The notes under the pieces: model-generated | Told to the model about the DNA's origin: nothing | Seen by the model: the letters and a program-made list of their open reading frames with translations, nothing else | Databases searched by the model: none | NCBI GenBank assembly: GCA_020536535.1 | Contig: JAHLWZ010000496.1 | Location: forward strand, 1 to 64,000 | Length of the DNA: 64,000 nt | DNA from: Pelomyxa schiedti | Lineage: Eukaryota > Protista > Evosea | Direction of reading: 5' to 3' | Shown: piece by piece, positions 10,901 to 23,700 of the stretch | Numbering within the stretch: position 1 is the stretch's first letter | Layout: each line of letters starts with the position of its first letter | Position numbers and translations under genes: made by a program

Positions 10901-13042
10901 TGGTGACAGCACTGATGCTAGACCAATTTCAAATAAAGATATTTTGTGTCCTCATGGAAAGGCTACACCAACGAAAGTCACAGATATGAGATACATTCCT
11001 GATGTGAGTGGAGACTTAGTTTATGTGCCTAAACTAACCACACAAAGGATGCCTGGGAGAAGATGAAAACATACTTTAAGGGAGGCCCAGATCTTAATGT
11101 ATCCAACTGGTGCAATGAGTGTGTCACTCAGTTTATAACGGGTATTCTTTCATCACCTGAAATCAAGTTGTGAAGTAATTCTTACAGATAAGAGTTCCAA
11201 GGAGCTGACCTTAGCCTTCCGGCAGGAACTTATTAATAAGGTGAAGTCTATAGGATCACAGACATTACCACCTGGGGAGTCTATGTGGATTTCAAAGGAA
11301 TGGTTAACAGGTCTTATCTTTTTAAAAGAGCTATGTTATCTTACAACAATACAAAGAGTTCCAAAAGAAAACTGTCGCGACAAGTGCATTGCTGGCGGAC
11401 ATCAACGCAGCAATAACCTGCCCTCATGGTCTTCTTACTCCAGTTCCAACCAAAAGGAAGCTCATACCTACTGATGTATCAGTTCAACTGTTTTGGATTC
11501 TTTTAATTCTGTAAAGCTCTGGGCTCAATTGTACTCCATCTTTCAGGGAGGGCAATCCTTCGCAGGCTCTGTAGTATTTAACATTAGGAAATTGTATTCA
11601 TATTGTTCCCCAGGCTGAATCTTGTCCTGACTGCTCAAGAGAGGCCCATGAAAAAGAGAATCAAAAAAAGACTCTGGCAAGTCAAAAAACCTCTGCAAAG
11701 AAGGAATTTTACAAGTTACTTGAGAACGACTTTAGCCCTGCAGAGGCAATCAATCAAAGTGCAACCTGTTTTCTGGTACCCCATTCCCTTTTAGCTCATT
11801 GGGTATCTCACATCAAGGTAGATTCCTCAAGTGTGGATAGGTTTGTGGAAGGAGTGGCTAGGAGATAAAGATATTGAAGTCTTGCCCCCCTTGACCACAC
11901 AGTGTGCTCCTTGTAATTTTTGACAATTTAGTTGAAATATTTAACAAGACACCTACTTTGTGAGCATGGAAATCTCTTATACTCACCCGCACATGAATTA
12001 AGCTTTGCTTCGGTTACTGCTGAGGCATGGCGCCGACTGACAAAGAAGTTGAAACCCTCAGTTCTCGACATACTCGCCAACCATTATCATCAGATATGCT
12101 GAAAACTGTACACGTCCAATAGAAGTAGAGGTTGGAACTGATTCTAAGTTGCGCTTCAATCCTCCTGTATGTGAGCCATGCCGAAGAAAGAGATTAGAGC
12201 GTGAAGAGGACAGGAGGTACTTTCCTGAAATTGTCTCAGTTCCCTTTTTGACTTCGCGTTTTGAGAATACATTTCACAGACACTATTTTTCGTGTGGTTT
12301 GCAAAGGGTACATCTAAATTTTTTTTGTCCCACACTCTAACGTTATCGACTAAAGGAGATTAAACTCCGCTGGGAAATCCAGAGGTAACTGCAATGGGAG
12401 GGAATAAAGTAGCAAGTAAGATTAACGAACTGTAGCAAGATCGACCAGAACCTCCTCAACCCAGTTGCCTATTAAAGTGTCTTATAACACAACACTGCAA
12501 GAGTTGAAACTCAAAATATTCCAAGTTAGACTCTACAAATAGAAACTTCTCACCACTGAATTTCAAATACAGGCAAATGAAGAGTATTTCCCTATGCGTC
12601 AGCAAATTAAAAGTGATTCTGGAGCTATACTAACAGGGGACAGCAACACTCTCTTAGATCTGAAAATCAGAGAAAGCACCAAACTCGAAGTATACTTTAC
12701 TGAAGAAGCGCCACAAGGTACCCATCCCAGCAAACCAGTTTTTTGTCACTCATTGCCTTGAAAGACCAAGTACCAGAGTCCGCTTCACATGAGGTTGGTT
12801 TCAAAGGTACCAAGCTTTTAGACACTGCCAGTAAACCACCAGCACTCCCGCCGCCATCACAACAAGAACCAAACCTACCACCCCCCTCTACTACAACCAC
12901 CACACAACCAACTCAGCCCACACCCACTGACACAGCCTCCGCGGAACCACCACCGTGGAACTGTCCCAAATGCACATACGCCAACCATGGTGCTCTACAT
13001 ACCTGTGAACTATGCAATACCGGAAGAGAAGACAACATCTAA
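7982..13042 (+). CDS. USP48: Ubiquitin C-terminal hydrolase, USP48-like (USP domain, DUSP-like repeats, UBL, C-terminal RanBP2/NZF zinc finger)
   Basis: Cys box GLE|NLGATCYMNSSLQ, QQDPDE, His box HKGASAQS|GHYICLVK, WFEFDD, LCPHGK/LCEHG DUSP-like motifs, EVGFKGTKL and WNCPKCTYANHGALHTCELC. The start may lie upstream (ORF opens at 7898). Confidence 0.87.
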
Positions 13043-13116
13043 TTCAACAGAGCAACCACATTCCAAAAAAAAAAAAGGGAAACAAAAAGAACCACTTGTT
13101 TATTTCCCCCGTATAT

Positions 13117-16100
13117 TCAAAAGTCCTCCTTCTTCACAGGAAGAGTGGGACTGTTTTTCTCCAACTTGACCTTGACTGCCTCGTCGGTCCTCGCTTTTCT
13201 GGCCGCGGTGCCTGGCTCGCTCTTCACAGGAGATATTTTCCGCAGGTCAAAGAAGTACCTCTCTTCGAACTTGCCGTTTGTGCGGAGGTCGTCAAAGTAG
13301 CTGCTTCCGTAGCTGATGGGGACACAGAGGCTGTACCAGCCACTGGGACTGCTGGGTACTTTCTCCCATATGGGCCGGTAGTTGGCCTGTGTTGTGTTGC
13401 TGTCATTTTCCGCTTCTGGGTCACTGAGGTCCGCTGTCAGGATTTCATCTGCTGGTTGTCTGGCTCCTCGGGACCGCTTCTCTTTGGTTTTGAATTTGTT
13501 CGGTTTGATGTTCTTCTTCTTCTGGGTGTTCTTGCTGTTGGGTGCGTCCACGGGGAGTGGCTCATACAACTGTGGCTGGAGGTCAAAGAGCTCTTGTGCA
13601 ATTTCGCGGGCATATTTCCGGTCATCGGTAATCATTGTGAGCCTGCCGGATTCCTTTAGAACCTCGTGCACTAGGTTCAGGAAGCTCTTGGTGATTACTG
13701 ACTGCCGGTTTACCTTGGTGGGTGGTGCCACTCCCAACCTTGCCAAGAGGGCTTCAGTTTGACCTGGTACAGGCGGGGGCATGGTAGTATCTGAAGGCGG
13801 TTCTGGGAAGTTCACATAGACGTGGTCAATCGAGGAAGCTGGCATTCTAGTTCTGTCACTCAGAAGGACAAATGCATCTCCTGCAGCAACAACAACTTTC
13901 GATGCCACGTGTGTCAATATGGCACGAGCCCAGATACTGAATGCTCGGTCCCCTTGAATTTCAGAAGCCACCCTTTTTCAAAGTATTTCAGTCAGAGTTT
14001 AAGGACAGGAAAACCATACCAGTTTATCTTATCATTATGTGCCGCTCGATTTACAATCCAATGTCCGTGACCTGCACATATCTCAACATGCATGGGTAAG
14101 TCTGGTTCGTCAAACATATTTTTCAGGGGTGTTGGTACTCCGTGCACATCAGCCAGGGATGTTGAATAAGGTGTGGTTGGGGGTAAGAATATCACGAATT
14201 GGTTTGGATAGGTGAATGTAGGAAGAGGATTTTTGCTCTTTTTGAGAAAGAGAATCTCCTTGGTTGTAAGGTAGTTTCGAATTAAACCGCACTGTTTCTG
14301 TGCGTAAATGTGCTTGAGCTGTTCAAAGAGAGCAAGTGATTTTCTGACACTCATTACAAAGAGGGATCCAAGAGATTGGTTGATACCTTTGGGCTAAGGG
14401 GTAAGACAGTCTTCGGCTGGCAGCACAAACTTTATCTATTGTCTTAAATGCTAAATCATAATCACCAGCAAGTGCAGCTGCTGTGCTCAAGTGCGCTGCC
14501 CTGTACACATAAATATGTTTGTAATGTGGACTTTTTCTTACATTTTCATTGTCGGCACAACTGATGACTGGGCTTCACAATCGTGCATCAGTCTGAGAAT
14601 GCTTTTCATATCACCACTGATGCAAAAGAGGTGCGCTAGGTATTCGTACGTAGCAGAATCAGGCTTCAGACCACTTGCCTACATGTACATTAATTGTTTT
14701 TGTATGAGAAGTCACAAAAAAACGTACCTGAAGATCATTGAACAATTTCATTGCGTATTTTACATTGCCAAGCTTCACTACACCTCTTAGCAAAGTCTGT
14801 TTTAAAAAGTTAGTTTTCATAGATATGTTTGAAACTGTACATTGTACGTTCGTAAATTTGGGGTTAAACCAGAGGCCTTCATTTGTTCAAAAATGTCAAC
14901 TGCTTTTTCTCCTTGAAAGTTTACAAAAAGACCTTTTATCAGAGCTGTGTAATGTATTTCATTCTTGATCACACCAAGCTTTTCCATGTTATTAAAATAG
15001 AAAAGGGCACGATCTAGAAAAAATAAGTTGCTATTTTGATAGTCTTGTCTCCAAACCTGAGTCACCACATTTGCTGCAGGCATTGATAATATTTGTGAAG
15101 GAAACAGCAGTGGGCTTGAGAAAGGCTGCTATTGCTTCAAATGCTGCTATAGCCCATCCAAGCTGCCGCACGTCTGTACAACATGATATCATGTAATTTA
15201 AACCCACTGCATCTCTCTTTCTCAGGTAATATTCGAGAGCGACTTTTGCCTTGGCATCAACGCCCTTTATACCAGTGATTACAGGTTTCTGGAGAGCGCG
15301 TTCGTTTTGCACAACTTTATCGGGACTCGTTCCCGGTTGGGAAGCCTTCTTGGTCTTCTTCTTCTTTTTTTTTGGAGTAGTTGCATTCGTAGTCTCAGCT
15401 GCAGGCTCTGTTGAATTTTGGGAGTTGCTGCTTTGTGAAGCAGTTGGCTTTGCGGCTGCGGGAGTAGCAGTGCTGGGTTGTTGTGTAGGAGTCTTTTCCT
15501 TCTTTACTTTTGCTGCTTTTTTTGTAGGGGCAGTTGCAGCTTGCTGGGTAGTTGCAGTTGCAGTAGCAGAAGAGGCAGTTGTAGTTATGCTCCCAAAAGT
15601 GTTTGCAACCGGAATCACCTTTGGTCCAGAATCCACCCCCTCCTCCTTCACGGCAGCAGCAGCAGCGGATTTCAAGGCGGCAGCAGCATCTTTTGCAAGA
15701 ATTCCATCAACCGGGGTTCCATCAGAATTCTTGAGCTCCTCCGGAATCACGTCGTCCCACACCCAGGCCCGCTCGTCCGCGTCGCCGCTGGAGCCCTCCT
15801 TGGCCTTGTCTTTCTTAGCCGCCTTGGCCTTGGCCTTGGCCTTGATCCCCAGGGCCCTCTTGTGCTTGCTTGCTTTCTTCGCAGGGGCCTCTGGCCCTCC
15901 CGCGAGGGGGCTGGCCCCGCCCTTGGGGGCCGGCCCGGCCTTCTTGTGGGACTTGGAGGCGGCGCCGGAGCCCCGCAGGGAGGCGCCGGAGCCCAGGCTG
16001 ATGACGCCGCCGGTGGAGGCGGCCGAGGGGGACTTGGCGCCCCGCCACTTGCAGAACTTCCGCTCGCTCCGCTTCAGGGGGTGCAGCAGCATGCCCCTGG

Positions 16101-16300
16101 AGGCGCCGGGGACGGCCCCCCGCACGTGCTCCCCGCTGACCAGGTGGCCCCTCGCGCCCGCGCCGCCGCCGCCCGCGCCAGCCGCGTCTACGGCGCCCTC
16201 TCCCTGCGCCCTGCCTCTGCCTCCTCCCCCGCGCCGCCCGCCTCTCCGCGGCCTCTGCCCGCGCCTCCCTCCTCTGCCCAGCCCTGCGAGGGTCGCCCTA
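13117..16300 (-). CDS. PPR-repeat protein fused to a TrmB-like tRNA (guanine-N7)-methyltransferase domain
   Basis: PPR-like repeats (PTAVSFTNIINACSKCGD; KNEIHYTALIKGLFVNFQGEKAVDIFEQMKASGLTPNLRTYN; KPDSATYEYLAHLFCISGD), then VEICAGHGHWIV, GLEIQGDR, YVNFPEP and LTMITDDRKY. The N-terminus is K/R/G-rich and the start codon is unresolved. Confidence 0.85.
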
Positions 16301-16623
16301 TGGCCCTGTAGCCGGCCCGCGCGCTTCAGGAATGGTGCTCAGTGTAATGGGGATCGATCCAGCAACTGGACAATACAAAAAATAACTATTCGCTGAACTC
16401 AAAACTCAAGGAAAGGATTTGTTTTAAACAACACTTAGAGGTATTTAACTCACAAGTGCAAGAGGTAGGGGGAAATACGAACACGGAAAAGTGGTTCCCG
16501 TCGATCCCACACCACAGGTTAAAGGAATCTCCAATTGCGCAGTGCCATAACACAATGATGTGGAGGGCTTGCTCCTTTACATAGAGAGAATAACACCTGC
16601 CTCCAGGAATCCTCCTGGAAGTC

Positions 16624-19063
16624 TTACGGTGTCATCCAGCTCAGTATAATTGCCCCATCTCCACCCCTGCCCCCTCCTCGGTTCTGCCCCACTCCCCCGG
16701 AGCCCCCGCCGCCCCCCACGCAGCCATCCCCTCCCCGGCCAGACAGGGACCCGTAGCCGCCGGCCCCGCCGCCGCCTCCAGGCCCCTGCGCATCCTCCCC
16801 GCGGCCGCCCTCCTCGGTCTCGTTGTTGTGCTCGCCCCCGGCCCCGCCGTAGCCGCACAGCATCATGGGCGAGAGCGAGAAGGTGGAGTCCTGGTTACTC
16901 CCGCCGTATCCCCCGGCCGTCCACGAGTTGCCGTCGTAGCCGTCGTGCTCGTAGCACCCGGCGGCCCCGCCCCCGCTCGCGAAGTACATGCCGCTCGAGG
17001 CCAGCAGGGCCGCGCCCCCGCTGCTGACCCGCGGCGGGTCGTAGCCCCCGTTGCCGCCGCATCGGTTGACTTCGCCGCCAACACCACGCCCGCAGTTCTT
17101 GTGCCCGCTTCCCACAATTCCACTCTGGCCCCCCGTGGCCAGCATCACCTCTTCCTCTTGCGCCTCGGCTTCCGCTCCCGCCTCCGCTTCGGCGGCTTCG
17201 GCCTGTGCCTCCGAGGCTCCCTCGGCACTATTGTGGGATGCGGAGGGGATGAGAGATAGTTTGGTGTCTTGCCCAGGGATGTTTTCTTCACCTCCGCATC
17301 CCACAATTAGCTTGAATGTCATCCCGGGATTTACAACTACCCGCTTGTAGGAGTATCCTCCACCACCACCTCCCCCTCTGCCAAATCCTAAGTTGTTCCC
17401 TGAGCCAACTCCACCACCACCACCTCCAACAGCTTGCACATGTAGAAGTGTGACACTCTCTGGAACCACAAAGGAGTATACTCCAGAGAATAGATATTCT
17501 TGGAATTCAAATATACTGCCATCATCAGTTTTAATGGCTCCTGAGGTTACGTTGAGGCACTGGTCATTTGGTCCAGTGAGAAACATGCGAGGTTGTTCAG
17601 ACTGGCTTGTACAACTCACTTCTGAAGGTGTTGCAGTTTGATAGGTCTCAGTGGGAGGTTGGAGGTCGTTCGGAGGTTTGGCGGCAAGGGTCCCAGTTGA
17701 TAGGTACCGAGAAACAACTGTGCCTTGCTGGGAAACAAGCTCGCGGAACTTCCCACATGTCTGCTGAATAGGGTCCAAGTTCACTTTCGTTTGAGTTTGC
17801 TGTGAAGCCTCATTTAAAGTTGAGTTGGCCTCAGCAGCGGACACCAAGGCATCATTGAGTTGATCTTGAAGGGAATCAAGTTTCACAATCAATGAAACTG
17901 GGTCGCCCTGATTCAACAAATGGGCAACTTCCGCTCCCAGTGCTGTGAATTTAGATTGGGTTTTGGATAGCTGGTAGCGCTGTGCGTCTAATTGGGCATT
18001 CTGTGCTAGTGTTGCCTCAGCTAGTTCCGCAACAAGTTTGTTCCGTTGCTTAATTATCATTTTTCCAATGGCCACCTGTAGTTGGTTGAAGTATATCTCA
18101 ATATCCTCTTGCATGTGCTTTGAAATTTGTCTGGTTGCGTGCAGACTCTTTCCAATCAACATTGTACTTTGCGTTACATTGTCGAGTTGAGCTAAAGTAA
18201 CGCGCTCGATTTCTTTCACTTGCAGACTCGCAGTTTCAGATAAACGAGAAAGGTCTTCCAGTTCATGACCAGGCCCATAGTGGGGCCCCCCATTTGAAAT
18301 GCACTGCTTACAACATAGAGCGCGATGTGTTTTGCATAATTGAATGGTGCGTCTATCATTATGAGCAGCGCATTTACCAGCATAAACTGAAACAATAATC
18401 CCAGGGGCGAGGTGCGGAGCCTTCTTTTTCCCGGAATGCAATTTCTTTGAACAATGGGAGCAATACTCCGCATTACATGCCTATGCATAAGTTAAACAAT
18501 TTAGAGAAATGAGTGGTGGCGAGGAAAAGAAATAGACAAAGAGGGTTCAATACCGTGCAAAACAGGCTAGCTTCCTGTGATCTGCATTCCTTGCACTTGT
18601 AACGTGGGACCTTGTTGTTTTTGGCAATAAGAGCCATGAGGGCGGTGTTCTTCTTGAGGCCCTTGACCGGCACGAACGTGGTGCAGCACCCATGAGGGCA
18701 GTCTATCTCCATGCTCCTGAAGCACACGCCCCCGTCGCCCACAGGCGACGGCGATCTGTTGTCACTGCCGACGCTGCTGCTGTTGCTGTTGCTGTTGTTC
18801 GTGGTGGTGCTGGTGCTGCTAGACGACGCCCTGGCGTGGCGCTGCGAGACCGAGGACGCGGGGGAGGGCGAGGGCGAGGGAGAAGGAGAGGGAGAGGGCG
18901 ATGCGGAGGCTGAGGAGGTGGCCTTGAGCTTGGCCATGGTGTTGACGCATGTGGAGCAGAAGGAGTGGCCGCAGAAGAGGAGCACGGGGACGTGGGGACC
19001 CTCCGAGGTGAAGTTCTCCAAACAAATCCCACACCGCAGCACCTTCTCAAACAACGCCGCCAT
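16624..19063 (-). CDS. TRIM-like protein: RING, two B-boxes, coiled coil, Gly-rich C-terminal domain
   Basis: MAALFEKVLRCGICL..CGHSFCSTC..CPHGC (RING); CKECRSQEASLFCT|ACNAEYCSHCSKKLH (B-box 1); CAAHNDRRTIQLCKTHRALCCKQC..H (B-box 2); a heptad region; then YSFVVPESVTLLHVQAVGGGGGG..GGGGGGYS..VNPGMTFKLIVGCGG. Confidence 0.86.
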
Positions 19064-19202
19064 TCGGCGTTTCGCTTTTCGTGTTGCTGGGTTTGGTTTT
19101 TTTTTTGGTGTCTGACGAAGCGAAGAACCCTTGTCACGAAACCAAAAAAAAAAACAAAAAAAACCGTCTTTGTTGCCTGGGTTGAGGAGTGGGAGGAGGT
19201 AG

Positions 19203-20572
19203 GATGACGGCGTATTGCAGCAGCAACAGACAGAGCTATGTTGTGAAAGTGGGGCTGACAAACGGGGACGGAAAGCGGAGGAGCCGGCCGTTGAGGGTCA
19301 TTTACGAAGTCACGTTGGTGGCACCGGATTCGACTCCCTTGGGCACTTTTATTAACACTGCCGTCATTTTGGTTCACTTTTTTTTTTTTTTTTTTCTTTT
19401 TGGCTTAATGGAATGTTTAGATTGGGGTCGATTATCCTGGAGATGGGTGGGTGTTGGCACTCGTTCCCAGCTTGGGTGGACAGCAACAGGCTATTTCTTT
19501 TCACAAGCATGAATCTGTGAATATGTATGCCTTTACTTGTGTTTTCTTTCCTGAAAACTAATTATTATCTATTGTTATTCCATTCCCTAGGTCGAAGCTG
19601 GGTTCAATTGCTTGTGGAAATACTTCTTGGGAATTGTTCTACGGGAACACAGTGCACCCTAGTCTATACAGGCTATCTATTGAGGTCTCGCGCCGTGGTG
19701 AGACCATTGCGGAATGTAGATGGGTTAGCGGCTGCATGGCTCTTCTGTTGGCAATACACCATAGGGTAGGAAAGTGTTCTCCAGCTAACTTGTTGCCTCT
19801 TCCACTCTTCCAACAAATTTTTATGATTTTCGCGGACTACTATCACTCTGGAATTAGAATTGTGTGCCAAGGTAAAATACTTGATTTCCTACAACCCATT
19901 AATCCAAGTATAGATGGTATTGACCGACTGGTGTTAACCGAGGCCTCCCTTAGTGCAAATCAACATATACTAGCAAAAATGTTTTTAACTAATAGACTTC
20001 CCCCATCCCCACTTAAAGAACTTCTGCCTCAGCTCGAAATTGGCGACCCAGTGGGTGATGCATATCCCAACCTTAAACAGGCACTATTTGAACACAATGC
20101 TACACTAAGAATAGGGCACAGTACAAACCAGTCTACTGCACTTGATGTGACTCGGAACGGGGCCAGTCTTCTCGACACATGTGTTAGTATAATGTGTGTA
20201 CTTTATTTGGTTGGCTTTTTTCATGTTGAACAACATTGTAGAGATATGACAATGGACATTGATCACACGCTGTGTGATGTAGATCAAGACCTCTCATATT
20301 GGTACCATAAAGAGAGCACTGACACATTGTTTGCTTTTGCCGGCCGATTCCCACATATCCACAATTGGATAAAAACCCAAGGCCACACCAACTACATACA
20401 CATATTGGTACTCAGCTCTGACAAATGCGAGCACCAAACCACAGAGTGGCCTTGTATGACTGTGCTATTTTCCATCAATTCTGAGCCTAACAAACCCACA
20501 AATGCTGTGCACTGCCACACACTCACTGATGCCTTTTCCTCTATTGACCAGTATTTCTCACACCCTACATGA
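19203..20572 (+). CDS. Hypothetical protein of an expanded family (LLLAIHHRVGKCSPANLL motif)
   Basis: Two short exons (19203-19362, ~19420-19524) splice in frame to the long ORF 19634..20572. The motif resembles the one in the 62 kb ORF. Confidence 0.55.
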
Positions 20573-20790
20573 CAATTTTCTGTTCCCAGTCCCCAACTTG
20601 TTCCGGTAACAGCCAAAATAAAAAGAAAAAAACGAAAATGCTTTTAGAAGTGAGACAAAGGCCACAGTGGAAAAACCCAAAAGACAAGCACCATCAGAGA
20701 ACATTTTTGGTGAAGACAACGTTTACGTTTCCACCTCCTGCCCAAGAAACAAACAACAAGCAAGAAAACTACCAAAAACCAAAACCGCGA

Positions 20791-23700
20791 ATGAGTGGAA
20801 CAACCACCGCAGCAACGGCAGCGACGCCTTCGAAGACGTCCAAGTCGGCGCCCACGTCGCCCACGACCCCGAGGAGGTCGAGATCCCCGAAGTCGCCGCC
20901 GCCCCCCTCGAGCCCGCTCTCGACGTCGCCGACGAGCTCCGACGCCGCGACGTCGCCGCTGTCGGGGGACCCGCCGCCGTCGCTCTCCGCCGAGAGCGTC
21001 GCCAACGCGCTGTTGGCGAGTTCAGAAGAAACTCCCCCTCCCATAAGTACAACCGGCGGCGACAACAAGCAGCATAACACGGCGGCCAACGCTGCTGCTT
21101 CCGCCAGCACAAGCACAAGCACGACCACCTCGAAGTGGGTGAGGACGCAGAGGACGCGGTCGTGCGTGGTGTTCAACGCGCGGAACAACAACAACAACAA
21201 CCCCAGCGGGGAGCAGCAGTGGCTGTCGCTGGCGTCGCCGCGGAAGCCGACCGGCACGGCGTTGGTCATTCCCTCTGGGCTGTTTCAATCTGGGCCCGTG
21301 GGGTCCCTCGCGGCCGCGGGGGCTTCTGCTTCGGCTGCGGTTCTCAAGTCGCCTAGAGTGACTGAAAAGATGAGTGCGTCAAACTCCTACTGTTATGTGT
21401 TATATGTTGTATGATGTGGCTTGCTTGCTCCTTATTAATTCCCCTTTGCTTTCATTTCATTTGACCACGTGGTTTCTAGAGTCGTCATCGTCGACATCGC
21501 TCATGGAGCCAACTCGGCTGAAATTTCTGCCACCGGAATCAAACGAGCAGGAATTGTCACTATCTGGCACGGGCTTCCCCTTTGCATCCATCTCGATTTC
21601 TAATCTTGCGAACAAAAGGTGTTCCTTTACAAATGTCAGTGAAAGAGCTAGTTTCTTGGGTGACTTCGGAATCTGTTCGTTATTTACTTCTTTCTAGTTA
21701 GTATCTCCATGTGAAAAAGCATCTAATAGCAACAGACTGCGGCCTCAATGACGAATTACTGGAGGCATTGATGGAGGCACTTGGGAATCACCAAACTACA
21801 TTCCTTGATTTGTCCTGTGAGTTTGACTCCAAAAGAGAGGGACTTTGAGTTCACATATTTACAGCCAACTCTTTCAGTGCCAGGGGTATTCAATCTCTTG
21901 GTAGAAGTATTAAGGCTATTGGTTTGAAACATCTCTCTCTAGCTGGTATATTGTCGTTTCTGGTATTGTTGTGTTATGATTTACTTCAGGAAATTCCATT
22001 CCATTTACTATGGATATGTGCACATTAATCGAATCGTTATTATTACCACACTTGGAGAGTATCGATTTATCTGGTAAGAATGAACTTGGAGAGTGGGGGA
22101 AAAAATCAGCTAACTATGGCAATAAAGAGACCAAAATTGACAATACTGGTGTTAGAACACTGTGTCAAAATGATTTCTACAGACTGAAGGCGGTGCATCT
22201 CTATGGTAAACCCTTTTACACATACCTCTTATTTAAAAAATGCAGGTAACACTTTTGATTTCAGAGGTGCTTTATGCCTAAGTGCTGCCCTGATAAAGAA
22301 TAAATCTCTAATACAGATGGATATTGGAGGTATTCCTTGAACATAGCTCACATTAATTAATCAAAACCAAGGGAATCACATTGCTGACGGAATCGCTCAA
22401 CTTGCTAAAGCCATGGAAGTCAACTGTACCTTAGAGACACTGCACCTTGTTGGTAAACGTGCAAATCAAAATTTTCATAAATGAAGTTCAAATAGTAAGA
22501 ACAAGACAGGAGCTCAAATTGATGACAAGGGTGCAGAAGAACTGGCGGCATGTCTTCAAATCAACAACTCCCTAACCTCAGCCAGCTTGCGTGGTACAGC
22601 AGTGTCACATGCTAAAGAAAGATCAATTATAGCTTTATTGCATAAAAATCAAGGTTGGAGCTGAGTACCTGCCAATAACTTACGTGATCAGACCTCAAGG
22701 CTGAGTTGAAAAAGAAACTCCAACTGGCTCCACAAGGAGAGAAGCTGATTCTTTCGCAGATGAAACTTCATGTTATTCCGCCTCTGAGTACACAGCTGTT
22801 CAAAGGAGTACACACAATTGATCTGAGTTCTAACTTTCTGGAAGAAATGCCATATTCTCTTTCATCACTGCCCTCGATTCAGCACCTTATTCTCAAGCGT
22901 GAGCTCCCTTTTTCCATACAACAACCTAACCCCTGTTCCTACCTATTTTTCATAAAAAGAAAATAGGATATTTTCCATCTCGTCTTCTCTTATGCATTTT
23001 TCTCAGCTTGTGTCCCTTGACGTACTACCTCCCCCTTTGTTTCTTTTGTAATGAATACCAAGTTATCGAGCAATTTAATCACCTCGGTAAATGACGACAT
23101 TGGGAACTTGACAACCTTAAAAAGTCTAAATCTGTCCCATAACAAAGTAAGCAATCTTCTATCGATAAAAAAGTAACACACTGTAGCTTGAAGATCTCCC
23201 CTGCTCGATGGCTAAGCTTCTAAGAAATGGCACTTCTGTGCACTTTGCCAACAATGCTCTGAGTGCAATTCCCAGGAGTAAACTTTCGACATCAGACTTA
23301 CTTATCCGGTATCTGGAGGAAACTCCTCTTCCACACAAGCGGCATTTATGGAATAGTTTTCGCGTTATCTTATTGGGTGATGTAAGCGCTGTATACCGTG
23401 TTGTGCTAATACTGACAAATAAAGTTATCTGCAGGTTTACTGCCTCATTTGAACACAATACCTGTTCTTGAGTCAGGTAGTACGCTGTTTGAAATTTATG
23501 CGTCATAACTCGTAACCCAGAGGAACTTCGCGTGAACTCTGTTGATATGGACCAATTCCATTTCCAGATATTCAGTTTTTCTCACAAAGGTTGATTTCCA
23601 AATTTGTACACATGCACTCATTTTGTGCTAAGCTGTAAAAAGTGGAATTCACCAAGTATTCATGACTGATAGAACCCTTTATATCATTGTATTTGATGCA

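Noticed and set aside
15251-17641. Long plus-strand ORFs (15251..16396, 15478..16311, 16650..17027, 16828..17259 and others)
   Set aside because: Antisense shadows of GC-rich exons of the PPR-TrmB and TRIM-like genes.
19320-19350. tRNA T-loop-like GGATTCGACTCC
   Set aside because: No T-stem or cloverleaf, and it lies in a predicted coding exon.
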